From a virus (taxonomy: Duplodnaviria > Caudoviricetes): 63,628 nt of DNA. Made by a program: the position numbers and the translations under genes. Positions 17,850-27,558 of this stretch are shown here, one piece after another (position 1 is the stretch's first letter; every line of letters starts with the position of its first letter). The stretch is taken from IMG/VR virus record IMGVR_UViG_3300048554_000002, positions 1-63,628 of that record. One strand, written 5' to 3'. A model generated the notes under the pieces. That model searched no databases, was not told where the DNA came from, and saw only the letters and a list, made by a program, of their open reading frames with translations.

Positions 17850-17922
17850 CCTCACATGCGAGTTAAGTGAATCTGTCTGCATGTCGTCAGTCGGGCCTGT
17901 CAGATTCACGGGATGCTCCCGA
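17850..17922 (-). ncRNA. Structured RNA downstream of the Mu-gpT-like capsid gene (Mu-gpT-DE-like candidate)
   Basis: 5' hairpin at 17909-17921 and a 9-bp stem at 17901-17909/17867-17875. Loop ACAUGC can pair with GCAUGU next to the RBS (pseudoknot). Has its own promoter. Confidence 0.55.
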
Positions 17923-17930
17923 TAATTAAC

Positions 17931-17960
17931 AATATACCACTACATAACATAATATGTCAA
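17931..17960 (-). promoter_or_regulatory. Sigma70-type promoter
   Basis: TTGACA-N18-TATATT with an extended TG, directly after the capsid terminator. Confidence 0.65.
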
Positions 17961-17961
17961 C

Positions 17962-17991
17962 AAAAAGAAAGGGGCCACCGAAGTGACCCCT
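17962..17991 (-). terminator. Rho-independent terminator after the major capsid gene
   Basis: AGGGGTCAC-TTCG-GTGGCCCCT followed by TTCTTTTT. Confidence 0.88.
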
Positions 17992-18013
17992 AACATAGTC
18001 TATGTGACCTGCC

Positions 18014-18922
18014 TTACGCTCCGGGCGAACCGAAGATACCCAGTGGGTCAGATACACCGAAGCTGTAACGCTCACGGGCTTTATAGCGACTGTTGCCTGT
18101 ATCGAAGTCAGCATCCATCGAAGTCGCCATTGGCGCACGAGTGAAGTGCTTCAGACCGTTTGGTACGTCAGTCATCAAGAACCAAGCATTGGTGTCTGTC
18201 AGATAGTGGTTGACCGCATAGCCTTCAGGGATTGACCCGTTGTTGCGTAGTGCGTTCAAATCGTTATCGGCAGTACCGACACGACCTTCTGTCTCTAGGA
18301 GACGAGTTGCCACGAACTGCAGTGCTGGTGGGATAATCAACTTACGTGGCTGAGATGCGATAAGCAAACCACGCTCGTCTGTCCAACCCGCGATCTGAAT
18401 AACTGCTGCTTCAAGCGATGTCTCGTTGAGGTCAGCCGCTACTGCTGGCGTGTTAGAGTTAGTTCCACCAGATACCAATGGGTGGTCGGTAGCACACAAG
18501 GATTTACCGTCACCGTATGTGGTGCCTGCGGCAAAGGCGTTGTTAAGAACTGCAGCAGCCTTAACTTGCTTCGTGTACGCCATCGCACGAGCCAGTGCTT
18601 TAGTATAACGAGACGACAATGAGTCATACAGGTTATCCTCAATAGCTTCCTCAGTGATTGAGAAACCCATTGCAACTGTTTCGTGTGTGTAGCGTGCAGT
18701 CCATGCTTCTTGAGCATTGTCATACTCAATCGCGGAACCTTCACCTTTAACTGGCGCTGCTGAAAAACCGGATAATTTGGTTTCTTCCTCGAATGACCGA
18801 TCTGACGATTCGGTTTCAAAGATTTCAGCGTGTTCTTCGCCATATTTTGCGTATTCCATTCCGAACAATGCGTTCAGGCCGGGGAGCAGCTCTTTAAGTA
18901 GCTGGGCGCGTGAAATAGCCAT
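18014..18922 (-). CDS. Major capsid protein (Mu gpT-like, HK97 fold)
   Basis: 302 aa MAISRAQLLKELLPGLNALFG...ITEEAIEDNLY...KARERYSFG. Strong RBS, followed by a terminator. Confidence 0.92.
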   Translation of the reverse strand: MAISRAQLLKELLPGLNALFGMEYAKYGEEHAEIFETESSDRSFEEETKLSGFSAAPVKGEGSAIEYDNAQEAWTARYTHETVAMGFSITEEAIEDNLYDSLSSRYTKALARAMAYTKQVKAAAVLNNAFAAGTTYGDGKSLCATDHPLVSGGTNSNTPAVAADLNETSLEAAVIQIAGWTDERGLLIASQPRKLIIPPALQFVATRLLETEGRVGTADNDLNALRNNGSIPEGYAVNHYLTDTNAWFLMTDVPNGLKHFTRAPMATSMDADFDTGNSRYKARERYSFGVSDPLGIFGSPGA

Positions 18923-18934
18923 TAGTTAATCTCC

Positions 18935-19531
18935 TTATACGCCAGTAGTGTTACTGTACTGGTGACCTGCGTTCCATTTAACGTAAGCCTCAGTGTAACC
19001 ACCACTTGTGTTTTTGGTTTCTTCAACCAAACCGATGATACGGAACGGCAACGTGTTAGTAGTTGCTGATGTATCAGAAATAGCACCACGCGAGTTACCC
19101 GAGGTCGAGTCACCTGTGTTGTCTACGCCTGCTACGTTTGCGCCGATATCGGTTATCGCTAGATCACCAATAGTTGTACCTGAAGAAACAACAGCGGCTT
19201 TGAACAGCAGGTCGGTAGCGTCTGCTACGTAAGCCTGAATGTCGCTTGCGACTGTGTTTGCAGGATAAGATTGGCTGTATAATTCATAACCCAAGTTTGG
19301 ATCAGTGTATTTACAACCCATGAAAACACCAACAGGTGTCATTGCAGCATCGAACGGGTCACGTTCAACAGTGCCTCCGGTAACCACTTTAACGGCATCA
19401 CCAAAGAAGATGCTAGTGTCATAACCACTGGCAATACTCATTTGACGATAGACGCCCCCAACAAAGGGAGTGCCGCTTAGTAGTTTTACCGGAACCAGAC
19501 CGTAAGGTCCGCTAACAGAAGGATAAGCCAT
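18935..19531 (-). CDS. Capsid decoration/cement protein
   Basis: 198 aa just upstream of the MCP, with PYGLVPV and IFFGDAV...GVFMGC.Y motifs. Confidence 0.65.
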   Translation of the reverse strand: MAYPSVSGPYGLVPVKLLSGTPFVGGVYRQMSIASGYDTSIFFGDAVKVVTGGTVERDPFDAAMTPVGVFMGCKYTDPNLGYELYSQSYPANTVASDIQAYVADATDLLFKAAVVSSGTTIGDLAITDIGANVAGVDNTGDSTSGNSRGAISDTSATTNTLPFRIIGLVEETKNTSGGYTEAYVKWNAGHQYSNTTGV

Positions 19532-19546
19532 CTAAAGCTCCTAAGA

Positions 19547-19996
19547 TTAAGTTCCTTTACCGAAAGTAACCTTCGTCTTCCGTTCATTAAACAACGGCAT
19601 ACGAGGATCATTTTCTCTCATAAGGTTGTTGTCAACAGAGTTCATCTGAGCTTGTGCCTGTTCGTTATAGTAGGCGTTCCGCTCTTCGACCATCTCTTTC
19701 GGAGCCTTACACAACATCAAACCACCAATAACCACATTGTCCTTGAAGCGCTCTTGCTCAATCGCAACAATGGTAATTTCTGGATGATCCGATGCCTTTA
19801 CAGGCTCCCAACCTTCACGAAGTTTTGAAGAAACGTTTGTGGCATCGACCTGACCCTGTGTACTTACGCGTACCCAGTGAAAATCATAGCCCGGCTCGGG
19901 ATTGGGAGAGGGTAATACCTCGGGGCGCGTCCAAGCCTTCTTACGAACTGTACGTTCGCGGGTTTCTAATTCACGGTTAATCCGATTCTCAGCCAT
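19547..19996 (-). CDS. Head-morphogenesis protein
   Basis: 149 aa with HWVR...KLREGWEPV...GGLMLC. Confidence 0.7.
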   Translation of the reverse strand: MAENRINRELETRERTVRKKAWTRPEVLPSPNPEPGYDFHWVRVSTQGQVDATNVSSKLREGWEPVKASDHPEITIVAIEQERFKDNVVIGGLMLCKAPKEMVEERNAYYNEQAQAQMNSVDNNLMRENDPRMPLFNERKTKVTFGKGT

Positions 19997-21014
19997 TTTG
20001 TTTCCTCATATCTAATGCAACCTGTTTGGCGTATTGTTGAGGCGTTAACCCCAACCTCTTAGCGAGCTGAACTTGGGTCTTGGTCAGTGTTACCTTTTTA
20101 GGGGCTGTGCTCCGCGTTGCGGGTGCCACTACCTGTGTCTTTCGCTTCGGTTCAGCATCCTCGAAATTATCGGGGAATACTTGGCGCATACGAGCATCTA
20201 TCGTCTCGTAGTATTCATCACTTTGCGGGCTTACGCCCTGTTTGACAAGTTTACTGTGCAACCCCAGCGCTAAACTCGTCATCTCATCGTCGTTCCCAAA
20301 CCACGAATTGGCTTTCTGCCAGTCTGCGGCCCGTTCATCGACTTGTACTGCCGGGGCGGGTTCTGGTTCTGGTTGTACAGGAGTTTGTTCCTCCTGTAAA
20401 GCAGGTAATTTGAAGTTTGCTAACCTATCAGCCTTTAACTTAGCAGATGTTAACTTTTCTTGTGCTTCAAGCACAGCCTCTGAATCACCAGACTCATACG
20501 CTTCTTTGTATGACCGTTTGGCGGCTTCAGTTTCTATAGCTGCGTTTTTCTTAGCCTGCTCAAGCAACGCCGTCTGGTTCTTGTTGACGTTACCTTTTAG
20601 CTTCTTATTTTCTTCCATAAGCTGCTGAGTAACGCGTTCAAGTTCTTGGCGTTCACGTAAAGCCTCTTCTTTGGCCCTGCGCTCATCATGGTAACCCTTG
20701 GTAAAATGCTTGATGCGTTTTTGAACTTGGTCGGAATACTTCTCAAGTTCCTCATCAGTAACATCTTCAGGTGGCTCGGATGGCTTACGATTGCGGTCAG
20801 CCTTCGGCGTGTCGTCAACAACCTCAATTTCAAGGTCGTCGTCATCACTATCCTTTTTGCTTTCCGGTTTATCCGCTGGTGCCTCATCTGCTGCAAAATC
20901 TTCTGCAGTTTTCTTCCCAGTGATGTCAATTTCAACTGCGCTAGTTTCTTCGATAGCCATTTTGTTGTCATCGTCATCCTCGGGAAATTCAAATTCTACT
21001 TTTTGAAATGCCAT
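19989..21014 (-). CDS. Capsid scaffolding protein
   Basis: 341 aa acidic coiled coil between portal and MCP, with C-terminal LT..Q..LAKRLGLTPQQYAK. Confidence 0.75.
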   Translation of the reverse strand: MAFQKVEFEFPEDDDDNKMAIEETSAVEIDITGKKTAEDFAADEAPADKPESKKDSDDDDLEIEVVDDTPKADRNRKPSEPPEDVTDEELEKYSDQVQKRIKHFTKGYHDERRAKEEALRERQELERVTQQLMEENKKLKGNVNKNQTALLEQAKKNAAIETEAAKRSYKEAYESGDSEAVLEAQEKLTSAKLKADRLANFKLPALQEEQTPVQPEPEPAPAVQVDERAADWQKANSWFGNDDEMTSLALGLHSKLVKQGVSPQSDEYYETIDARMRQVFPDNFEDAEPKRKTQVVAPATRSTAPKKVTLTKTQVQLAKRLGLTPQQYAKQVALDMRKQNG

Positions 21015-21016
21015 AT

Positions 21017-21394
21017 CTACGCCCTCTGTATGCCCGTTGGATCAGCTACAACAGCCTCAATAGAGTCGTCGTTCATTAGCCGATATTCTATACCACCAAT
21101 AGTAAACCGTGTGCCCGAGTTCATACGGAACATCACAAAGTCACCTTCTTTACACCAAGGTCCATCAGGAAAACGGTCTTTGTCAGCGTATGCGCCTGAC
21201 CCCATATCCACGACAAGGCCAATAATAGACATAATGTGGTCTTGGGTTTTGGCGGTATCTGTTTTAATAATAGAAGTCCCCGATATGGTTTCTTCTGGTT
21301 GCGGTAGTGCTACGAGTACGCGGTAGCCTACGGGTTTTGGGAGTTGTAACTCCAATTCAGCATCGCTGATTTTAACTGCTGCTTCAGTCATCAT
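21017..21394 (-). CDS. groES: GroES/Cpn10-like co-chaperonin
   Basis: PVGYRVLV...GLVVDMG...KEGDFVMF...YRLMNDDSIEAVV. Start moved to MMTEAAVK. Confidence 0.85.
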   Translation of the reverse strand: MMTEAAVKISDAELELQLPKPVGYRVLVALPQPEETISGTSIIKTDTAKTQDHIMSIIGLVVDMGSGAYADKDRFPDGPWCKEGDFVMFRMNSGTRFTIGGIEYRLMNDDSIEAVVADPTGIQRA

Positions 21395-21581
21395 CGTCTT
21401 CCATATAGTTTTTCGCAAGGTCTTCAATGTAAGATTTGGTGGCTTCGAGACCCCGAATTAAGCCAACAACTTCCCTATAGTTTGCATAGTCTTTAGGTGA
21501 CCCTGCGTGTAGGAAACTCTGTGCAGACGATATATCGCCGTTGATTCTATCTTTCAGCACGTCAAAGACGGTTTTTGCCAT
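21384..21581 (-). CDS. Small hypothetical protein
   Basis: 65 aa between portal and GroES, with DYANYREVVGLIRGL. Confidence 0.7.
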   Translation of the reverse strand: MAKTVFDVLKDRINGDISSAQSFLHAGSPKDYANYREVVGLIRGLEATKSYIEDLAKNYMEDDDD

Positions 21582-21587
21582 GGTATA

Positions 21588-24059
21588 TTATGACTCCTTT
21601 TTAGGTTTCTGTGCGGACTGTAGCATCCGTGCAGCTTCAAGGCTCATCTTGTTACGCTCGGCACGCGTGGCCTGTTCTAACTTGACGCCCTTTTCTTCTG
21701 CTTCTATCGCAACCTCGGCCTGTTCGATCTTGACACGTTCTGCCTCTAACATGGCGGACGTAGCATCCTTGGCCTTCTGTAGGTCGAGTTTTTCTTTCTG
21801 CAAGGCGCTATCCGCCTGATCTTTAGCCATCTTACGCTGCTGCTCTTGTTGCTTGACCTGCAGTTCTGCCTGCTTCATCTGTATGATTGGGTCTTGCTGT
21901 TGCTGTTGAGCCTTCTGCTGCGCTGCTTGCTGCTGATTTGCCTGTGTAAGCTGCTTGCCTGCGTCCGCAACCAGACGTGACAGTTGTACTTCCATATCTT
22001 CTGGCAGCTCCTCGTTCGGAGCGGGTAGAGGTGCACCCAGCTTCTCTTCGATCTTTTGTCTGTAAGAGAACCCGAGGTGTTCGGCAATATGGGCCTGCAG
22101 AGACGCCATAATCTGTTTTGCCTGTGGGTTTTGCCCGATCATCTGTGCCATCATCGGGTCTTGCATAAACGATGTGTGCGTAGCGATATGCGCTTCGTGG
22201 TCTTGATAGATAAATGCCTTCATCGGTTTGCCGACCAACGCGTCCATGTTCTCGCTGATAGGGTCTGTAGGCTTCGCATCGTCCTTCGTAGGCACCAGCT
22301 TATCTGCGTTCTTGACCCCTAGCACCTCGATCATCTGCCTGTGTAGCTGTGGCAGGTCATATATCTGTGGTGCCTGCTGTGCCATCTGTAGGACAGCTTG
22401 ATACTGTACAACCCGCTGTGCCATCGTAGAGCTGTTAGGATCGCTCACAGGGATCACATCGACCATCATGTAGTCTGCCTGCTTGGCGGACACTTCGCCT
22501 CTCACGGGCACGTATGTGTACTCTGCGGGCGCATATTCAGCCATGATGGCCTTGAGGAGCTTGAACTCCTGCTTCATCGCATAATGTACACGCGCTTGTA
22601 CCGCAGCCATGGGCTTCAGGGTACGTTCTAACAGGGCCAGTGTGGTCCCAACGGGGGCGTTAGCCGACATGTCCGAGATGTTCATGTCACTAATAGCGCC
22701 TAGCCTACGTCCTTCTGTTGTGATTTGATTCAAGAGGGCGAGAAGGGTCTGGCTAGGTTCCTTGTACGGGAGAGGCATGATGTTATCACGGATGCTACCA
22801 GACGGTACGTCTACATCCTTAAACTCACCCGGTTCTATCGGTGTATCGTCTCCCTTGATACGTAACCCACGCGACTTCAGCCCACCGGGGAGATTCGATA
22901 GGGTGCCCGCGTCAACGAGCTGTCGTATCAAGGAAGTTCCTGCTTTGGCGTAGCCGCCAATAATATGTATGAGGCCAAGCCCATAAAACCCAAACCCCGG
23001 CACGTACACGTAATGGACGAAGTGCTGACGCTTGAGGGTTAAGGGGTCACCCTCCTCGTAGTTCCTACGGACCGCCAGCACTTCGCCGCTTCCACGCTCA
23101 ATCGTGACGACATAGGGTCGAGCAATCCCGTCGTCATCGTCTATACCTTCGATCAAAAGGTCAGCGTGGATTTCATAGATAGCGTAGCGGTCATCATTGG
23201 TTAGCGAATAACCACCTTCTTCCGCTTTCTTTTCTTCTATGTCAGTGTGAAATGCTTCGGGGTCACCAAGGTCTACGTCCCTGTAGAACCCACCAGCCTG
23301 TAGTTTCTTCAAATCGTTCTTTGTCTTACGCATGATGTGCGTAACACGTTCTGCAGACTCAATGTTTGACGCACCATACGGTACGATGACATCCTCTGCA
23401 GATATGTATATAGCCGCCTGACGGCCCATATTAGGGTCAAAGTAGACCTTCTTGAACGCCGACCCAGCCAATCCAAGGCTATACAGCATCCGTTCATGTT
23501 CGGGGCGATATTCTACCATACGCTCCGTCAATTCGTAATTCATGTCCGCCTTCACGCGTGACGCGGCTTCTTCCTTCTCCTTGGTTTCTTCCCCAAGGAT
23601 TTTTGTCTTTACTGGTCCCGCAGCGGGGAACGTTTCAGACATTGTTTCTGCTTGGAACCGTATCGCGGCCTCGGCAAGCACGGTAGAGAACACGCCACAC
23701 GCGCCTTCCCATGGGTCTGTGCGTTCCTCATACTTGAAGCCCAGCACATCCAGACCCTTGACGAACGTATCCGCCCAGTCTTTGCGGCTATCTATATCGG
23801 ACTGCACCTGCCCCATGAGGTCATCAGACAAGGACGACAGGTCGCTATCTTCCATAATCTCGGCTAGGTTGGCACCGAACTCGGTAAAATCTGCTTCTGT
23901 ACCGGGGATTATGGTTATCTCCATACCCCCATCGGATAGGGTTACAGCCTCTGGGTCAATAATTTCAATCTCCAGTTCGGGGACTTCCATTTCTTCCATA
24001 TCTGTAAGTTCTTCATCCATCCCGAGCGGGGCAGAGAATATTCCTTTTTCAATAGCCAT
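21588..24059 (-). CDS. Portal protein (P22-like, with long C-terminal coiled-coil barrel)
   Basis: 823 aa after TerL, with GSAFKKVYFD and GFYGLGL motifs and a Q-rich C-terminal coil. Confidence 0.88.
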   Translation of the reverse strand: MAIEKGIFSAPLGMDEELTDMEEMEVPELEIEIIDPEAVTLSDGGMEITIIPGTEADFTEFGANLAEIMEDSDLSSLSDDLMGQVQSDIDSRKDWADTFVKGLDVLGFKYEERTDPWEGACGVFSTVLAEAAIRFQAETMSETFPAAGPVKTKILGEETKEKEEAASRVKADMNYELTERMVEYRPEHERMLYSLGLAGSAFKKVYFDPNMGRQAAIYISAEDVIVPYGASNIESAERVTHIMRKTKNDLKKLQAGGFYRDVDLGDPEAFHTDIEEKKAEEGGYSLTNDDRYAIYEIHADLLIEGIDDDDGIARPYVVTIERGSGEVLAVRRNYEEGDPLTLKRQHFVHYVYVPGFGFYGLGLIHIIGGYAKAGTSLIRQLVDAGTLSNLPGGLKSRGLRIKGDDTPIEPGEFKDVDVPSGSIRDNIMPLPYKEPSQTLLALLNQITTEGRRLGAISDMNISDMSANAPVGTTLALLERTLKPMAAVQARVHYAMKQEFKLLKAIMAEYAPAEYTYVPVRGEVSAKQADYMMVDVIPVSDPNSSTMAQRVVQYQAVLQMAQQAPQIYDLPQLHRQMIEVLGVKNADKLVPTKDDAKPTDPISENMDALVGKPMKAFIYQDHEAHIATHTSFMQDPMMAQMIGQNPQAKQIMASLQAHIAEHLGFSYRQKIEEKLGAPLPAPNEELPEDMEVQLSRLVADAGKQLTQANQQQAAQQKAQQQQQDPIIQMKQAELQVKQQEQQRKMAKDQADSALQKEKLDLQKAKDATSAMLEAERVKIEQAEVAIEAEEKGVKLEQATRAERNKMSLEAARMLQSAQKPKKES

Positions 24060-24069
24060 AGCTTACCTC

Positions 24070-25635
24070 TTAATAATATCCGCCGCTGCGCTGTTTCCAG
24101 TATCGGGGTTCTTCTGGTTCGTCCGTGGGTAGTCGGATAAAGCCACCTTGCCTGAACCGCATCAGAGCCATAACCGTCGAATCCACGAGGTCATCATTAC
24201 TCATAAACGGGAATCCTGCAATCTCTTCCACTACTTCTTCTGCCCACCGTGTCTGTGGCACCCACACAAGCTCGGACGCAATTATGTCCGCTACAGAGTT
24301 GAGGCGTGCCGTCTTATCCCCTGACCCCCTGTGGGGGGTATACTCCGATATGGGTAGACCCATACGCCGCATTTCTTGGTACAGGGCTACGCCAGAGCTT
24401 TTCTTCTCAACTATGAACGAATCTGGCTCCCAGTCCATGTATTCTTCCATAGCAAGCTGTTTAAGCTCTGGGAACTCCATACGCTGTTTTATGCTATTTA
24501 ACAATATAATATTGTACGCGTTGGTTTCCTCGTTCAAGAAAACACCCCATGTGGTAAGCGCTGTATAGTCTGCACGGTTGTGCTTCTCGGCTGCGGCATC
24601 AAGCGACATTATAATATATTCACAGGGTGGCGGCTGGTCGTGTGTCCATTCCTGCCACCACTCACGCTTGACGATAGCGGCTTCTTCTGCGGTAGGCTGC
24701 TGCTGGTACTGCGCGTTCCACTGGAACGTAGGCATCGACGCCTTGGTGCGTAGCAGCGCCTCTAAATCGAAGAACTCAGGCCACAGAGGTTTTTGTACTT
24801 CCTTCTTCGTCTTTTTGTTGAATGTGTCTAAGATCGCGGGAAACTCGACTACCTCGTATTGGTCTGACCGTTCGTTCTGCACCATGTCCCGCACAACGCG
24901 TCCTGTCAGGTCATCCATGTGCCAACGCGTCTGGATTATTGCAACCCTACCGCCCGGCATAAGGCGAGTACGGGCACCGAAGGTGAACCACTCATAGGCT
25001 TTCTCGAACACCTCGAAGTTTCCGTTAATAACGTCCTGCTCAGAGTGAGGGTCATCAACAAGCAGAAGATCAGCACCACGACCAGCCAATGCTGACCCAA
25101 TACCACACGCATAATATTCACCTCCTACGTTTGTGTTCCACCGTCCTGCTGACTTACTATCCTGTGCTAGTTGCACGGTAGGAAATATGGAACGGTACTG
25201 ATCTGTAGCAATCAGGTTACGCACTTTACGCCCAAAATCCACCGCGAGGTCCGTGGTATGGGACACCATCATCACCTTTTTGCCGGGATTTCGCCCTAAA
25301 AACCACGCTGGGTAGAAGATCGAAACAAGCTGAGATTTGCCGTGTCTGGGGGGTATATTCACGCAAACCCGGTCCTTATCGCCCTTCTCAATACCCATTA
25401 ACATGTTAGCCAGTATACGGTGATGCTTACCAACTATGAAATCAGGCATCATCAACTTGCAAAACTCTATCAGATCGTCATACGCAGCCTTATTTGCCGT
25501 CCGATTGTGCAGCTCATCCACCATCCGGTCGATTTCTGCCACCTCTTCGTCACTAAACGTGTCCAGATTGGCCAACATGACCTCGATATCGGCCTCGTCA
25601 AAGTCCAAAGCCTCAGTCATCGTCGTCAAACCCAA
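24070..25635 (-). CDS. terL: Terminase large subunit
   Basis: Walker A PPRHGKS, Walker B LLLVDDP, motif III QTRWH, and nuclease motifs SLDAA...NDDLVDS. Confidence 0.95.
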   Translation of the reverse strand: MGLTTMTEALDFDEADIEVMLANLDTFSDEEVAEIDRMVDELHNRTANKAAYDDLIEFCKLMMPDFIVGKHHRILANMLMGIEKGDKDRVCVNIPPRHGKSQLVSIFYPAWFLGRNPGKKVMMVSHTTDLAVDFGRKVRNLIATDQYRSIFPTVQLAQDSKSAGRWNTNVGGEYYACGIGSALAGRGADLLLVDDPHSEQDVINGNFEVFEKAYEWFTFGARTRLMPGGRVAIIQTRWHMDDLTGRVVRDMVQNERSDQYEVVEFPAILDTFNKKTKKEVQKPLWPEFFDLEALLRTKASMPTFQWNAQYQQQPTAEEAAIVKREWWQEWTHDQPPPCEYIIMSLDAAAEKHNRADYTALTTWGVFLNEETNAYNIILLNSIKQRMEFPELKQLAMEEYMDWEPDSFIVEKKSSGVALYQEMRRMGLPISEYTPHRGSGDKTARLNSVADIIASELVWVPQTRWAEEVVEEIAGFPFMSNDDLVDSTVMALMRFRQGGFIRLPTDEPEEPRYWKQRSGGYY

Positions 25636-26209
25636 ATTCTTCGTCTGTATCCAGCAGTTGAGCCTCTATAACCGTGGCATCTTCTACTTCTGGTTGTGGA
25701 TTTACCAGTTTTGCAAGTTTACCGCGTAGTTTTTCCTTGATGTCATCGGTTGTTTGGTGGGTAATCGTGACTTCGGACTTCTCAGTAAACAATCCTACGT
25801 CTGATATCTTACCAAGAAGCTCCAATGCACGCATACGTACCCGTGGATCAGGGTTTTCGCTCTCAATGATGAGCTTATTAGTCACCAGATTGCGCAGTTG
25901 CTTGGAAGATTCTACTACAGAATGATTAAATTCGTCTATGATGTTGCTTGTTAGGCGCACAGAAGCAGGTGTTAGGGCCGCTGCACGTTTATGCGTCACC
26001 TTCTTAGATGTTTTGTCGGGGTCTTGGGCGTATGCAGTAGCTAATGTAGCAGCTACTTCCTTATCTACCTCGTCGGGTTCAAGGTCCGCACCATGTTTTT
26101 CGAGTTCGTCAACGGTTTTACCCAGTGCATCGGCACGCTCTGGTAGAGGTATGTGCTTCACCTCATCTTCTAGGGGAACCCCTAGCTCTGGAATAGCATT
26201 CATTGTCAT
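25613..26209 (-). CDS. terS: Terminase small subunit (probable)
   Basis: Overlaps the TerL start and carries RMRALELLGK..VGLF. Start moved to MTMNAIPEL, downstream of the promoter. Confidence 0.65.
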   Translation of the reverse strand: MTMNAIPELGVPLEDEVKHIPLPERADALGKTVDELEKHGADLEPDEVDKEVAATLATAYAQDPDKTSKKVTHKRAAALTPASVRLTSNIIDEFNHSVVESSKQLRNLVTNKLIIESENPDPRVRMRALELLGKISDVGLFTEKSEVTITHQTTDDIKEKLRGKLAKLVNPQPEVEDATVIEAQLLDTDEEFGFDDDD

Positions 26210-26240
26210 AGTACGTCGCAGGTTGGTAACCGATAACGTA

Positions 26241-26269
26241 ATAATAGGGTACAAAAAATTTTTTGACAA
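26241..26269 (-). promoter_or_regulatory. Sigma70-type promoter for the morphogenesis operon
   Basis: TTGTCA-N17-TATTAT, about 30 nt upstream of the TerS ATG. Confidence 0.65.
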
Positions 26270-26577
26270 GGGTTTTGAAAAAGAGGTGGGGGGTGTCCTG
26301 TGTGGGGCAAACGTAAAAGTTGGTCCATATTTGAGCGTATTAGTATTATACAGGATAGCGCGGAGTCCCACATGACAGCGCGGTGGGTGGGGTAGGTGTA
26401 CCCTCGACAGATTAGGATTTTCGGGCATCTGCCCGAATTATCTTTTAGTGATATCTAATGTGATTTGATTGCTTTTAGTGGGTAAACCTATTGCGTAACA
26501 TGTTATGACATGGCATAAATGTTTCATCGGGACAGCAAGACACTGGGTCAAGCGCCGATTTATTTGGAGTAAATCAA

Positions 26578-27186
26578 ATGACAATTTCTAAACTTGTAAA
26601 CGAACTGACTAACACTGGCGCAAAAATGGGCGTCGAAAATATCTCTGCTCTTGAGGCGGGCGGCATGAAAGCGGCGCATACTGCCGAGGGCAAATTGGCG
26701 GCAACATACGCGGCCATGTATGCCTCTGGCATACGCCCGACAGATTACCTGTCGCACAAGAACAGAGAGAGCACCGCGACAGCGGAGGCATACGCGGAGC
26801 GCGGCAATATCGCGGCCATGATATGTTACACTAAAACGGAGCGCGCTCAACTGTCGGCCAAACTTCCAAAGGATGCGACAGCGGAGGAAAAGGCGGAGCG
26901 CAAGCAATTGCAAGATCGCAAGACCGAATTGCTCAAGACCATACGCCGCGGCCTTATCACACAAGATAAGATCAGCAACCCAGAGGCGTATGCGACAGGC
27001 GCGGCGGATCGTAAAGAGGCCATCGAAAAACTTGGCATCGCCATCGACACCGCAGAAAAGATCATGCAGGGCGAGGGATTGCCTGAGTGGTTTGACGCGC
27101 CAGAGGCGGTTGCAGTAATCAAAGCATTCCGCAATAAATACCGCGTACCAACAAAACAAACTGTCGATATCGACAGCATCATCTAA
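26578..27186 (+). CDS. First early gene, hypothetical protein
   Basis: 202 aa, RBS GGAG, followed by a strong terminator. Confidence 0.8.
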   Translation: MTISKLVNELTNTGAKMGVENISALEAGGMKAAHTAEGKLAATYAAMYASGIRPTDYLSHKNRESTATAEAYAERGNIAAMICYTKTERAQLSAKLPKDATAEEKAERKQLQDRKTELLKTIRRGLITQDKISNPEAYATGAADRKEAIEKLGIAIDTAEKIMQGEGLPEWFDAPEAVAVIKAFRNKYRVPTKQTVDIDSII

Positions 27187-27195
27187 CAGACTATC

Positions 27196-27224
27196 GGGTC
27201 GGCCTTCGGGTCGGCCCTTTTTTT
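27196..27224 (+). terminator. Rho-independent terminator
   Basis: GGGTCGGCC-TTCG-GGTCGGCCC-T7. Confidence 0.88.
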
Positions 27225-27246
27225 GTGCCTAAATTTCCCCCATGTT

Positions 27247-27558
27247 TTCGGGCATCTGCCCGAAAGATTGATACCAGTATCCTGAGTAGCGCCACGCATT
27301 ACGTGTTGCGTATTGATACGGCATGTGATACCTTGGCATTGGCTCATACCATAATGCCTGTACTGGCCCGCTTCGGCGGGTCTTTTTTTATTCGGGCATC
27401 TGCCCGAAAGATATGATACCAGTATCCTGAGTAGCTCTGCGCCTAACACGTTTTACCCTTGTACCACCAACACTGCGCATAAGATGTCACCAGATGGTAT
27501 TTCGGGCAACTGCCCGAAACTTGTGATACCAGTATCTTGAGTAGCGCCACGCGCCTAA
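27247..27558 (+). repeat. Three composite direct repeats (18-bp palindrome plus TGATACCAGTATCYTGAGTAGC)
   Basis: Units start at 27247, 27391 and 27501 and are separated by unrelated sequence. Confidence 0.9.
27365..27389 (+). terminator. Rho-independent terminator
   Basis: GGCCCGC-TTCG-GCGGGTC-T7. Confidence 0.8.

Noticed and set aside
17880-17895. CUGACGA on the minus strand as a hammerhead ribozyme core
   Set aside because: No GAAA core or stem II/III arrangement follows.
26281-26405. G-run-rich segment upstream of TerS as pac site or physical genome end
   Set aside because: Position is suggestive, but termini cannot be inferred without read-end data.
26210-26428. 73-codon N-terminal extension of TerS in the ORF track
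   Set aside because: It spans the promoter and a palindrome. ATG 26209 downstream of the promoter is more plausible.
27247-27558. Possible CRISPR mini-array
   Set aside because: Only three ~50-bp units with long unequal spacers, one containing a terminator. The palindromic half recurs singly at eight other intergenic sites.
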